The notes under the pieces are model-generated. The model was given only the letters and a program-made list of their open reading frames with translations. It was not told the DNA's origin and did not search any database. The translations under genes and the position numbers were made by a program. Shown in pieces: positions 19,128-28,836 of a stretch of 64,000 nucleotides of DNA (within the stretch, counting starts at the first letter, position 1; every line of letters begins with the position of its first letter). Source of the stretch: Candidatus Peribacteria bacterium (lineage in GTDB: Bacteria; Patescibacteriota; Gracilibacteria; Peribacterales; Peribacteraceae); the NCBI GenBank assembly GCA_041691135.1, contig JBEPVF010000002.1, forward strand, positions 128,001-192,000, written 5' to 3'.

Positions 19128-19332
19128 GAACTGACGCTTCCCAACTAGTCGAACTAGATGTTCTACTTTTGACTGAAAAAAAGACGAAAAGTAATCACTG
19201 TCGAGCAGAACGTTTTTAATAGTGTCGGATTCGGGGAGCCAGAATAAACTTCTGCCACAAACAAGTCAGGATTATAATTACTTACTCCCAGAACCTGCGT
19301 AGCCGCAGCCAAAGCATGGGTCGAGGAGCCAT

Positions 19333-19764
19333 TCACTTCTTTTCGTACGCCCCAGCTGTTCCGGGGTTTTTCTCCGCAGCTTTGATTACTTTCTTCAATA
19401 TCGCCACATTCAGATCGCTAATTTTTTTGAAACGAATACAGCTCTTGCCCACACTGACCTTGCCGAGTTCTTTTTTATGCGTCTCTGCGATGTACTTGCC
19501 ATCTTGTACCGCACACACATGCAAACTGATGTAGTCCTTTTGATTGACCAGACCGAGTACCGGCCATTCGAGTATTTCCTTCTTGGCATTCTTATACTGA
19601 AAGCTGCCGTAGCCCAGCATATTGTAAGCAAGATGCGATTTGAGCGAGGGAGCGGTCGTTTGAATCAGCTTGTGTAGAAATTCGATGGCCTCCCGTCGAT
19701 CATCCGGCAGCGATGCTATGTACTCTTTCACAGACTTCGTCTTGAGGGGTTTGAACATGTTCAT
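19333..19764 (-). CDS. DUF1801 (YdhG-like) protein, copy 1
   Basis: MLGYGSF.Y...WP..GL.NQK.YISL...LGK..VGKSCIRFKK; start ATG 19764 supported by the paralog. Confidence 0.88.
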   Translation of the reverse strand: MNMFKPLKTKSVKEYIASLPDDRREAIEFLHKLIQTTAPSLKSHLAYNMLGYGSFQYKNAKKEILEWPVLGLVNQKDYISLHVCAVQDGKYIAETHKKELGKVSVGKSCIRFKKISDLNVAILKKVIKAAEKNPGTAGAYEKK

Positions 19765-19878
19765 AGAACAAATTGTACCGGAGGGAAGTGTTCGAATACA
19801 TTCGAACTGCGATCGACAGTGCCATCGGGAATGCAGCTCGCAGTACTGTTGTGGAGAAGAATTAATCTCTATCAGAAT

Positions 19879-19905
19879 AAAAAAAGCCGCACGTGCGGCT
19901 TTTTT
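19879..19905. terminator. Bidirectional intrinsic terminator
   Basis: AAAAAAAGCCGCAC-GTGCGGCTTTTTT palindrome. Confidence 0.85.
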
Positions 19906-19921
19906 CCCTCTACTCAAATTG

Positions 19922-20476
19922 TTATTGAGCTGATGATGTTGCCGGTGCTGTCTGTATGGCGCCGGAAGTCGCAGCGTCATTGCCATCTTCCTTCTCGTTG
20001 GGATTGGCTTGGTCATTAACTTCGTTTGCATCGTCCTTGCCCTGCACTTCATTGGCATCGTTACCTTCATGTGGGCCACCTTGCCCGTCCTCCCAATTCT
20101 TGATCACTTTGCCGGTGACAGCATCAACAAGGACATCGTATTCCTTCCCTGTATTAGTGATCTCGATCTTGTAGGCGAGATTGCCATGCTCATTATTGAG
20201 CTTGTTCTCGTGAACCGTGCCCGGCTGTACCTGTATTGCTGCCTGTGCAGCTGCATCGGCAGAAATTTTGGCCTGCGACGGATCAACGGCTGCCTCCTGC
20301 GCATCAGGGACTTCTTTGTCCGGGCCGGTATTGTTGTCTTCAACTGTAGGTGCAGACTGCGTCGCGACGGATGTTGAAGATGTCGATGCGGCGCTCGACA
20401 TCTGGGCAAAGAACGGAACGGCCACGATAAGCGTGGATGCACCGGCTATTGCGCCAAGAAGGAATTTGTTCTTCAT
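19922..20476 (-). CDS. Secreted PepSY-domain protein with acidic tail
   Basis: Signal peptide MKNKFLLGAIAG...SSA; PepSY motif ISADAAAQAA...Y.IEI...VLVDAVTGKVI. Confidence 0.88.
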   Translation of the reverse strand: MKNKFLLGAIAGASTLIVAVPFFAQMSSAASTSSTSVATQSAPTVEDNNTGPDKEVPDAQEAAVDPSQAKISADAAAQAAIQVQPGTVHENKLNNEHGNLAYKIEITNTGKEYDVLVDAVTGKVIKNWEDGQGGPHEGNDANEVQGKDDANEVNDQANPNEKEDGNDAATSGAIQTAPATSSAQ

Positions 20477-20507
20477 AGGTAGATGGATGAAAAGAAGTAA
20501 GGCCACA

Positions 20508-20583
20508 ACCATACGACAGAATTCTTAAGAATCGGTTAAGATTGCCTTTATCTTCATAAAATCTTCATCTTCAGGAGTACACT
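20508..20583. promoter_or_regulatory. Divergent promoters with tandem TCTT(A/C)A-N5-TCTT(A/C)A boxes (OmpR/PhoB-type sites)
   Basis: Minus strand TCTTAA-N5-TCTTAA-N11-TATGGT (20541-20508); plus strand TCTTCA-N5-TCTTCA-N10-TACACT (20551-20583). Confidence 0.7.
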
Positions 20584-20590
20584 GTCTTAT

Positions 20591-21265
20591 ATGCGGGTGT
20601 TGATCATCGAAGATCACCAGAAGATTGCGGAATCGATCCAGAGAGGCCTTAAGGCCGAAGGGTTTGCGGTCGACTTTATCTGTGATGGAGTAGAGGGACA
20701 GAAGCAAATCGAACAGAAGCAGCATGTCTATGATCTGGTCATTCTTGACCGCATGTTGCCGGGCAAAGACGGTCTCCAGATGTGCAAAGAATTAAGAGAG
20801 GAAGGAATCGCAATTCCCATCCTCATGCTCACGGCAAAAGATACGATTGAAGATCGCGTCGATGGCCTCAACGGCGGCGCGGACGATTATCTCGTCAAGC
20901 CCTTCGCGTTCGACGAGCTGGTGGCGCGCGTGCGGACATTGCTGCGACGGCCAAAGGCAACCTTGCCGACAACATTGCAGGTACGAGACCTTGTTCTCGA
21001 CGCTTCCCAAAAAAGCGTACAGCGTGGATTAAGGAAGATCAGCCTGACACTCAAAGAGTTCGCACTGCTTGAATATCTTATGCGCCATCCGAATCAAGTT
21101 CTTACGCGCGAGCAAATCGTTCATCATGTGTGGGATACTGCTTTCGATCCGCTCAGCAATGTCATCGACGTCCATGTGAAGAATCTGCGATCAAAAATTC
21201 ACTCCAGCCATGATGAACCCCTTCTCGAAACCATCCGCGGCGTCGGCTACCTCCTCCGAGGATAA
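20591..21265 (+). CDS. OmpR/PhoB-family response regulator
   Basis: IIED, ILDRMLPG, MLTA, GADDYLVKPF, winged-helix C-terminus TIRGVGY. Confidence 0.97.
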   Translation: MRVLIIEDHQKIAESIQRGLKAEGFAVDFICDGVEGQKQIEQKQHVYDLVILDRMLPGKDGLQMCKELREEGIAIPILMLTAKDTIEDRVDGLNGGADDYLVKPFAFDELVARVRTLLRRPKATLPTTLQVRDLVLDASQKSVQRGLRKISLTLKEFALLEYLMRHPNQVLTREQIVHHVWDTAFDPLSNVIDVHVKNLRSKIHSSHDEPLLETIRGVGYLLRG

Positions 21266-22223
21266 GCTGTTTCTTTGGGCCAAATTAAAACTTTCAGCGC
21301 TCTACACGCTGTTCGTTATCCTGATCTTGGGAGCGCTGAGTACCCTTCTGTATTATGAGCTGGTTATCAACATCACCGATTCCTTCGGCGATCAGCTTTC
21401 GGTTGGATCTCCGCAAGAACACGCACTTCAGGAAACGCTCGAACGATTGCGCATGAGCATCGTTATGACGGATGTCGTCACCATTCTTATTGTTGTCTTC
21501 CTCAGTTATTTCTTTGCACGGTATACGCTGCGACCGATCAGAAAATCGTTGGAGGTGCAGAGGAGATTCGCAGCCGACGCCTCGCATGAACTTCGCACCC
21601 CTCTCACCGTCATGAAAACTGAACTGGAAGTGGCATTGCGCGATGCTTCTCTCAAGCCAAAAGAAATGCAGTCCGTATTCCGCAGTACATTAGAAGAAGT
21701 GGAACACATGTCCCAGCTGACGGAGCAGCTTCTCTTCCTTTCCCGCATCGATGCGCCATCTCATGCAGTTCTGACTTCGGTGAACCTCTCCATTCTTACG
21801 GAACGGATCGCATCGAAAATGAAAAAGATTGCGGATGAAAAAGGTTTGAAACTTACTTCCTCCATTGAACCAAACGTACATATTTGGGGTCACATGCATG
21901 ATCTGGAGCGCATGCTCTATAACCTCATCCAGAATGCCGTCGCCTATACCAAAAACGGCTCGATTCAAGTTCTGCTCAAGCGTTCCGGAGCTGACGTATT
22001 GCTCTCCATTCACGATACCGGTGTCGGCATTTCGGCTGAACATTTGCCTCACATCTTTGATCGTTTTTACAAAGTCGATGCCGCACGCGACACCCAGAAA
22101 GGAGGCGCGGGTTTGGGCTTGGCTATCACGAAAGAAATCGTAGAGCGGCACGGAGGACACATCGCGGTGAGAAGCGAACTGGCAAGGGGCACGCAATTCA
22201 CACTTCGCTTTACGGCTGCGTAG
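21210..22223 (+). CDS. Sensor histidine kinase with short extracytoplasmic loop
   Basis: Two TM helices about 30 aa apart; H-box ASHELRTPL, N-box NLIQNA, DTGVG, FDRFY, GAGLGL. Confidence 0.95.
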   Translation: MMNPFSKPSAASATSSEDKLFLWAKLKLSALYTLFVILILGALSTLLYYELVINITDSFGDQLSVGSPQEHALQETLERLRMSIVMTDVVTILIVVFLSYFFARYTLRPIRKSLEVQRRFAADASHELRTPLTVMKTELEVALRDASLKPKEMQSVFRSTLEEVEHMSQLTEQLLFLSRIDAPSHAVLTSVNLSILTERIASKMKKIADEKGLKLTSSIEPNVHIWGHMHDLERMLYNLIQNAVAYTKNGSIQVLLKRSGADVLLSIHDTGVGISAEHLPHIFDRFYKVDAARDTQKGGAGLGLAITKEIVERHGGHIAVRSELARGTQFTLRFTAA

Positions 22224-22232
22224 AAGAAATTT

Positions 22233-22266
22233 TCTTCATCGATTCTTCATGTTCGCCATGCATGAT
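22233..22266 (+). promoter_or_regulatory. Direct-repeat box plus -10 element for the COG4705 operon
   Basis: TCTTCA-N5-TCTTCA-N11-CATGAT. Confidence 0.65.
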
Positions 22267-22296
22267 ACGATACATAGTTCCCATCCAAGATTCCGT

Positions 22297-23508
22297 ATGC
22301 AACTTTCGATAAAAAACCGCGAGATGCTCAATAAAGTCCCTGAAGTTACCCTGTGGTTCTGGATCATCAAGATCCTCTGCACGACCGTGGGCGAGACGGC
22401 GGCGGATTTCCTCAACGTGAATTTGAATTTCGGTCTCACGGGTACTTCCATCGTTACGGGCATCCTGCTCGCGATTGCGTTCATCTTCCAATTCAGGGCA
22501 AAAAAGTACGTTCCGTGGATCTACTGGCTCGCCGTCGCCCTCGTGAGCATCTTCGGTACGCTTGTGACTGACAACCTGACGGATGCGATGGGTGTGCCGC
22601 TGGAGTTCAGCACCATCCTGTTCAGCGTCCTTCTCGCGATGACCTTCCTGATCTGGTACCTGAACGAGAAAACACTGGCGATCCATTCCATTTTCACGAC
22701 GCGCAGAGAGACGTTCTACTGGCTCACGATTCTCTTCACCTTTGCACTCGGTACGGCTTCCGGAGATCTCTATGCCGAAGGTCTTGGTCTCGGCTATCTC
22801 ATGACCGGTCTCATCGTTGCGACGTTCATTCTCATTTTTGCAATCGGCTGGAAATTGGGCCTTCACTCTGTGCTCTCGTTCTGGCTCATCTACATCCTCA
22901 CCCGTCCCCTTGGGGCTTCGATTGGCGACTTGCTTACACAACCGGGCAGTCATGGCGGACTGGGACTCGGGGCAACGACGACGAGCGTGATTTTCTGCGG
23001 CGGGATTTTCCTCATTGTGCTCTACCTTTCGATCACGAAGCGCGACGTCATCACCAACCCGGGGGAGTACAAAGCTGAACTGAAAGAACACGGCGGCTTG
23101 GGACAGACAGTGGTGGTGGTTGCGCTGATGGTCCTTGCAGGCGGCATCGGCTACCACGACCGCAAACTGGCATTGCAAATGCCTGTGCCACTAGCGACTG
23201 CATCCGGTACGGGAACGGCTCAGCAAGCTGCTGCTCCGGCGCTTAGCGATTTCTCAAGTTTCAAAACGATCACACAGGACACGCTTGATCTGCTGAATGC
23301 AGGAAAGCAATCAGAAGCGACCACGCGCATCGGCGATCTGGAATATGCCTGGGATCAAGGTGAAGCCAGATTAAAACCGAGAGACACGGCGACGTGGACG
23401 AAGATCGATGGCAAGATCGATACCGTACTGCGCTCTCTCCGGGCGGTGAATCCGGACTTGGCGAGTGAGAAGACTGCACTGCAGGCGTTGCTCGCTGTTC
23501 TCAAGTGA
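22297..23508 (+). CDS. COG4705/DUF347 membrane protein with C-terminal soluble helical domain
   Basis: KVPEVTLWFWIIKILCTTVGET, FALGTA.GD, LTRPLGAS.GD...GGLGLG. Confidence 0.9.
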   Translation: MQLSIKNREMLNKVPEVTLWFWIIKILCTTVGETAADFLNVNLNFGLTGTSIVTGILLAIAFIFQFRAKKYVPWIYWLAVALVSIFGTLVTDNLTDAMGVPLEFSTILFSVLLAMTFLIWYLNEKTLAIHSIFTTRRETFYWLTILFTFALGTASGDLYAEGLGLGYLMTGLIVATFILIFAIGWKLGLHSVLSFWLIYILTRPLGASIGDLLTQPGSHGGLGLGATTTSVIFCGGIFLIVLYLSITKRDVITNPGEYKAELKEHGGLGQTVVVVALMVLAGGIGYHDRKLALQMPVPLATASGTGTAQQAAAPALSDFSSFKTITQDTLDLLNAGKQSEATTRIGDLEYAWDQGEARLKPRDTATWTKIDGKIDTVLRSLRAVNPDLASEKTALQALLAVLK

Positions 23509-23519
23509 GAGAACGCCCT

Positions 23520-24284
23520 ATGAATGCACTTCATGCAGAGCGCAGGCTCGGACAGATGGCGGTGAAAGTGCCGGCAGTGACGGCGCTGTTCTGGATTATC
23601 AAAGTTCTGACAACAGGCATGGGCGAGACCACTTCCGATTATCTGGCCCACACGATCAACCCGCTTGTCGCTGTCGTCATCGGAGGTATTGCACTGCTGA
23701 TTGCATTAGCACTGCAGTTCTCCGTTCGTCGGTACATTCCATGGGTATACTGGCTTGCCGTGCTTATGGTAAGTGTCTTCGGCACGATGGCCGCCGATAT
23801 CTTGCATGTGGGCTTCGGCATTCCGTATATCATTTCCGCGCTCTTCTTCGCGATACTGCTCGGCTCGATTTTTATCGCATGGCACAGAAACGAGAAAACC
23901 CTCTCCATCCACAGCATCTACACCTTCCGCAGGGAGATATTCTATTGGGCGACCGTGCTCGTCACCTTTGCGCTCGGCACAGCAACAGGCGATCTGACCG
24001 CATCAACGCTGCACTTTGGTTACTTCGCATCCGGTCTGATCTTCGCTGTCATCATTGCCATTCCAGCAGTTGGCTATTATAAATTCGGAATGAACGAGAT
24101 TCTGACATTCTGGTTTGCCTACATCATCACGCGGCCGCTGGGAGCCTCATTCGCGGATTGGATGGGTGTGTCACTGCGGCGTGGCGGCCTTGGGCTTGGC
24201 ACTGGCTCTGTGAGCCTGAGTATCTTTGTCTTGATTCTCTTCTTCGTAACATACTTGAGCATGACAGAGAAAAAATCTTCCTGA
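23520..24284 (+). CDS. COG4705/DUF347 membrane protein
   Basis: KVPAVTALFWIIKVLTTGMGET, FALGTATGD, ITRPLGASFAD. Confidence 0.9.
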   Translation: MNALHAERRLGQMAVKVPAVTALFWIIKVLTTGMGETTSDYLAHTINPLVAVVIGGIALLIALALQFSVRRYIPWVYWLAVLMVSVFGTMAADILHVGFGIPYIISALFFAILLGSIFIAWHRNEKTLSIHSIYTFRREIFYWATVLVTFALGTATGDLTASTLHFGYFASGLIFAVIIAIPAVGYYKFGMNEILTFWFAYIITRPLGASFADWMGVSLRRGGLGLGTGSVSLSIFVLILFFVTYLSMTEKKSS

Positions 24285-24406
24285 AATTTTCTGCAGGATT
24301 ATTTCCAAATAAACGATCCATATTATGTTTCAACATCGCTTTTTTGGCAACTGAGTGTGTAGATTGATGCTTCTGGCATTCAATTGAGCCTGATAGGATT
24401 ACTATC

Positions 24407-27400
24407 ATGTTTCTTTCTGCCAAAAGAAAATTAAACGGACGGACACTGCTTTCAGCAGTTGCAACAATCTCATTGTTAGTCATTGCACCTGCGTATGCAG
24501 CAGCACCAAGCGCCGGTGGAAATACAACGGTCGTAAAACCTTCTGACGAAACTGCCGTGAGCGTAACTGAAGACGCTGTGCAGCCGGAATCCGCAAATAT
24601 TCGTCTCATCGTTTCTACATTGAGTGACTCGGATGGCGGAACACCCAGCAAAATCCGCATTCTTTCGGTAACAGGTGGAACGCTATGGGACAGTGGCGGT
24701 GGCACTATCACCCTTGGCGCGGCAGGCACGGAACTCAGTCTCTCAAGCGGCAAAGTGGATCTCCGATTCCGACCAACATCAAACCGCGATACCAATGCAA
24801 GTTTTCAGTACGTCGTCGTGGACGTGCAGGACGAGTCTATTAACTCCAGTGCCTCGACTGCAACCATTCCCATTACGGCAGTGAACGATGCGCCAATTAT
24901 GCAGACTGTTAGCGGCGACAACGGGACTGGTCTTGCTGCAACGTACTACATCAGTAGCTGGGATTTAACGGGTACGACGTACAACCGCATCGACTCGACG
25001 ATCAACTTCGGTAACAACTTCAATGTTCCCGGCTACAATGCCGATAACTTCAGCGCACGTTGGACGGGACAGGTGAAAGCGCCTATCACCGGCAATATCA
25101 CCTTCAGCACCGTGAGCGACGATGGCGTGCGTTTGTGGATCAATGACAACTTGGTCATCGATAACTGGACCGTGCACGGCGATACGACCGACACCGCTTC
25201 TCCTATTACGATGACAGGAGGAACAAAGTACAACGTGAAGATGGAATTCTACGAACGTGGTGGCGGTGAAACAGCCAGTTTGCGGTGGGCCTATACGGGT
25301 CAGAGCACAGTGGTCATTCCGCAGGCATCCCTCTTCCCTGCAACGAGCCGTCCCACGCTCACCTACGTGAACGGATCGGCCTCGGCGATCATTGATGACG
25401 CTATCACGATTTCCGATGTCGACAATACGACCGCTTCGAGCGGGTCAGTCGTTATCAGCAGCGGGTACACCAGCGGTGAGGATTCGCTGCTATTCACAAA
25501 TCAAAATGGCATCACAGGTTCGTACAGCGCAGGCACGTTAATCCTGACAGGTACGACCTCCATGGCCAACTATCAAACTGCCCTGCGCTCCGTGCGCTAC
25601 GCCAACAGCAATGCTTCTCCTGATACCACAACACGTACGATAAAATTCAAGATGAACGACGGACATGATGACAGCAACTTTACTTTTCGCAATATCGGCT
25701 TCACGGCTACGAATACGGCGCCGGTCATTACAGCAGGCACTAGTACTGGCGTGACCATGGATGAGAACTCGAGTCCGACTGCATTCTCGCTTACCCTCAG
25801 CGCCACCGACGCAGAAAATCAAAGTATCATATGGAGCATTTCGGGTGCGGCATCTCACGGAACAGCTTCTGCGAGCGGTGCGGGCGACAGTATGGCGATT
25901 AGCTACGCGCCGAATACAAATTACTTCGGCTCCGACAGTTTTATCGTGCAAGCTTCCGATGGTTCCTCAACTGATACGATCACGGTGAACGTGACGATTA
26001 CCGACCGCACTCCTCCTACTCTCAGTTCCATTGCAACGTCTTCTGTTACCGCTAGCGGAGCGACTATCACTTGGACCTCGAATGTGAATGCGTCGACCAA
26101 AGTGAATTACGGTCTGAATACATCATATGGAACAAACACCACAGAAACAGATACTTCTTCTCGCGTCACTTCACATACAAAATCACTGAGCGGACTGCTT
26201 GCATGCACCCAATACCACTACGCCGTTATTTCTACAGATAGTAGTTCGAATACTGCAACGTCGAGCGATAAGATTTTTACCACCGCAGGCTGTCGGGGTG
26301 ATGCGACAATTAAAGCAGGAACCGGCACGAGCATTATTTACAATGCGTTGGGCTCTACAGGAAGTATTATACTCTCCGGCACGGGAAGATCTCTAAGTCT
26401 TAGTGTGCCATCCGGTTACGTTGCTTCGAATGTAACCTGTCCTACGGGAGTGAACTTCCAGCTGAAAGAATTGGCAGCCAGCAACGTCGAAAGTGCATTA
26501 GGCAGTCCTTCGGGTCGCAACACGATCGTCAGTGCACATGATCTGTCTGCGTATTGTCCGGATTCCACACGCGTCACATCGTTCGATAAATCACTAACAG
26601 TCACCTTTACCTATGCCGATTCCGACATTTCGGGCTTGGTGGAATCATCGTTGAGTGTCTACCGCTATGGCTCGGACTCGACTGCATGGGACGAACTGAC
26701 GTGTTCGCAAGATATGTCAGCAAATACACTGACATGCAGTACGACACACTTCTCGTCTTTTGGTTTGTTCGGTACACCGACATCATCTTCGGATACGACC
26801 AGTACAACTTCAACAAGCAATAGAAGCGGAGGGTGTCGCGGTAGCGGCTGCGGAGATCTTCTCCTCACGAATCCACTGGCATATCGGCGAGCGAGCATGC
26901 CCTCCGTACAGACTACAACAGGCAACACTCCTCTCGCTGCTCCCTGTGCCACAGATACTGTACCCGGCAAGAAGGGACTCCTGTGGATGTCGGTCGGAAG
27001 TCACTCCGTTCTTTTTTCCGACGTTCCCCTGTCGGCATGGTTCGCTTGCCCGGTGCATCGGGTGATCGAGAAAGAAATTTTTTCGGGTTATATGGACGGG
27101 AATGGAAATCCAACCGGTCTCTATGGACCGGCGGACCCGATCTCCTTGGGACAACTGGCGAAAGTGGCAGTAAAACTGGCAGGGAAGCAAGTAGTGACTA
27201 CCCAAATGATCGGTCAGGAATGGGCGCTGCCTTATATGCAAGAAGCTGAGAAAATGGGACTCTCTGCATTCTTGAATAAAATAGATGAAGGTATGCCTGC
27301 CACTCGTGGAGCAGTAGTGCAGACAATCCTAGAAGCGCTCAAAATTCCCCTGCAAGATGCGGCTCTCCCCTACTCCGACGTTCCGACAGGTTCGATGTAT

Positions 27401-27538
27401 GCGAAGGCGATTGGTACAGCTACGAAGCTTGGGATTGTAAATGGTGATGCAGAACAAAATACTTTCCGTCCGAATGCGCCGATCAACCGGGCCGAAGTTG
27501 CAAAGATGATCGTATTGGCACTGGAGATCGAACGATAA
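24407..27538 (+). CDS. Surface protein: cadherin/Ig-like, PA14, Fn3-like and C-terminal SLH domains
   Basis: Signal peptide; VNDAP; PA14 motif DNFSARWTG..SDDGVRLWI..EFYERGG; TTHFSSFGL; SLH FSDVP..W, FRPNAPINRAEVAK. Confidence 0.85.
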   Translation: MFLSAKRKLNGRTLLSAVATISLLVIAPAYAAAPSAGGNTTVVKPSDETAVSVTEDAVQPESANIRLIVSTLSDSDGGTPSKIRILSVTGGTLWDSGGGTITLGAAGTELSLSSGKVDLRFRPTSNRDTNASFQYVVVDVQDESINSSASTATIPITAVNDAPIMQTVSGDNGTGLAATYYISSWDLTGTTYNRIDSTINFGNNFNVPGYNADNFSARWTGQVKAPITGNITFSTVSDDGVRLWINDNLVIDNWTVHGDTTDTASPITMTGGTKYNVKMEFYERGGGETASLRWAYTGQSTVVIPQASLFPATSRPTLTYVNGSASAIIDDAITISDVDNTTASSGSVVISSGYTSGEDSLLFTNQNGITGSYSAGTLILTGTTSMANYQTALRSVRYANSNASPDTTTRTIKFKMNDGHDDSNFTFRNIGFTATNTAPVITAGTSTGVTMDENSSPTAFSLTLSATDAENQSIIWSISGAASHGTASASGAGDSMAISYAPNTNYFGSDSFIVQASDGSSTDTITVNVTITDRTPPTLSSIATSSVTASGATITWTSNVNASTKVNYGLNTSYGTNTTETDTSSRVTSHTKSLSGLLACTQYHYAVISTDSSSNTATSSDKIFTTAGCRGDATIKAGTGTSIIYNALGSTGSIILSGTGRSLSLSVPSGYVASNVTCPTGVNFQLKELAASNVESALGSPSGRNTIVSAHDLSAYCPDSTRVTSFDKSLTVTFTYADSDISGLVESSLSVYRYGSDSTAWDELTCSQDMSANTLTCSTTHFSSFGLFGTPTSSSDTTSTTSTSNRSGGCRGSGCGDLLLTNPLAYRRASMPSVQTTTGNTPLAAPCATDTVPGKKGLLWMSVGSHSVLFSDVPLSAWFACPVHRVIEKEIFSGYMDGNGNPTGLYGPADPISLGQLAKVAVKLAGKQVVTTQMIGQEWALPYMQEAEKMGLSAFLNKIDEGMPATRGAVVQTILEALKIPLQDAALPYSDVPTGSMYAKAIGTATKLGIVNGDAEQNTFRPNAPINRAEVAKMIVLALEIER

Positions 27539-27602
27539 TATTTCCATACACTCGAACCACCTGACCACGTCGAAGCAATCAGATGTAATTGGGTGTGTAA
27601 CT

Positions 27603-28166
27603 TTAAACTTTTAACGAACCGCGGAACCCCCGAGCGGCGTAATAAGAATCTGCACCGTTGTGATACATGAAGACAGTATCGTAGCGACGATCGCAAAACA
27701 CAGCGCCCCCGAGTTTCCTGATATCAGAAGGTGTCTTCACCCAGCTTGATGACTTTGTATCGAATTCTTCAAGTTCCTGTAGCGCTCGATACTCCTCTTC
27801 CGAAAGCAGATCGATACCCATGGCAGCTGCCACATCCAGAGCACTGTCTTTTGGTTTATGTTCTTTTCTCGCCTCCAGCGCTTGACGATCGTAACAAAGA
27901 CTCCTGCGTCCTTTCGGACTTTCTTCTGAACAATCAGTGAAAATGTATTCGCCCGTCTTTTTGTCGTGACCAATAACATCGGGCTCGCCGCCGGTTTCTT
28001 CCATTTGGCTGAGTGACCACAGTTTTTTCTTGTTAGCTTCCAACTTCATTTGCACTTTCGCCCACAAAAGACCCTTATGACGGTTCATGTGTTTCTCAAA
28101 ACGAGCTTTCAATGCTCTAAGTAATTCTTGGTGCTGCTTCGACGACAACTCCTTTTTAGTGCTCAT
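27603..28166 (-). CDS. DUF4256 family protein
   Basis: METGGEPDV-like segment, ESPKGRRSLCYD, C-terminal YHNGADSYYAARGFRG. Confidence 0.88.
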   Translation of the reverse strand: MSTKKELSSKQHQELLRALKARFEKHMNRHKGLLWAKVQMKLEANKKKLWSLSQMEETGGEPDVIGHDKKTGEYIFTDCSEESPKGRRSLCYDRQALEARKEHKPKDSALDVAAAMGIDLLSEEEYRALQELEEFDTKSSSWVKTPSDIRKLGGAVFCDRRYDTVFMYHNGADSYYAARGFRGSLKV

Positions 28167-28226
28167 ATTTTTATACTATCTCTGTTAAACAGCTGTGTTA
28201 AGCACAAAGTTAACAAGTATTTCTGC

Positions 28227-28334
28227 GGGAGAACAATTTTTTGCGATTGCCACTACGATACTGTTTTTTTGTATCACAACGGTGCGGATTCTTATTATGC
28301 CGCTCGGGGGTTCCGCGGTTTGCTGAGGGTCTGA
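28227..28334 (+). pseudogene. Inverted 3' remnant of a second DUF4256 gene
   Basis: 87/108 nt identical by hand alignment to the reverse complement of 27603-27710; encodes FCDCHYDTVFLYHNGADSYYAARGFRGLLRV*. Confidence 0.85.
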
Positions 28335-28391
28335 TTATCGCGGTGGCAGGTTCGTACTGTACCTTTAATTTCAGGAAAATCTTTAGTAGTG

Positions 28392-28432
28392 GGGCCGCCC
28401 ACTTCTCCCGAGGGAGAAGTATTGGGCAGCCC
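28392..28432 (-). terminator. Long GC-rich hairpin downstream of the small ORF
   Basis: GGGC(C)GCCC-ACTTCTCCC-GA-GGGAGAAGT-ATT-GGGC(A)GCCC; no clear U-tract. Confidence 0.45.
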
Positions 28433-28457
28433 GGTTTCATTTCAGGCGATAACGGCA

Positions 28458-28658
28458 TCAGCGCCGTTCTCGCCTTTCGTGTTCCTTAATGGCGGCGTAC
28501 ACGCCGCCGTTGCTGGCCCCATTAGCGGGGATGGTCCCGCTGGAGCCGTTTGGTCCGGCGAAGCGGACAGACCCATTTCCATCCTGCTGATATGTACGAC
28601 CGCTGCTGCTGTCGTACCACCAGCCCTGACGGCCGCCCTGACTTCCTCGGGTTTCCAT
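28458..28658 (-). CDS. Small Gly/Ser-rich hypothetical protein (66 aa)
   Basis: METRGSQGGRQGWWYD...KEHERRERR; GGAG 8 nt before the ATG; upstream TTGACA promoter (28788-28783); downstream hairpin. Confidence 0.55.
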   Translation of the reverse strand: METRGSQGGRQGWWYDSSSGRTYQQDGNGSVRFAGPNGSSGTIPANGASNGGVYAAIKEHERRERR

Positions 28659-28836
28659 GATCGAGACTCCGACGGTGAAAGTACATCCCCAGTACACTGG
28701 AGATGGCAACTGCGTGACCTGTCACGCAGCCAGGCCAAGCGTGGCCTAAATGCATGATTATTATTAATATAATTGTTTTTTATGTCAATACTTGGAGAAA
28801 TTTGACATTAATAACAAATTAATTTTTAATTCGCCC

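Noticed and set aside
19765-20079. N-terminal extension of the DUF1801 ORF to 248 aa
   Set aside because: It runs through a terminator and the PepSY gene; the paralog starts at MNMFKP
22210-23178. 322-aa minus-strand ORF
   Set aside because: Antisense shadow of the COG4705 gene
27603-28334. DGR template/variable repeat pair (C-terminal GFR motif, ~100-nt near-duplicate, probable CPR host)
   Set aside because: Only 6 of 21 mismatches have A in either copy taken as template, many are synonymous transitions, and no reverse transcriptase is present in the window
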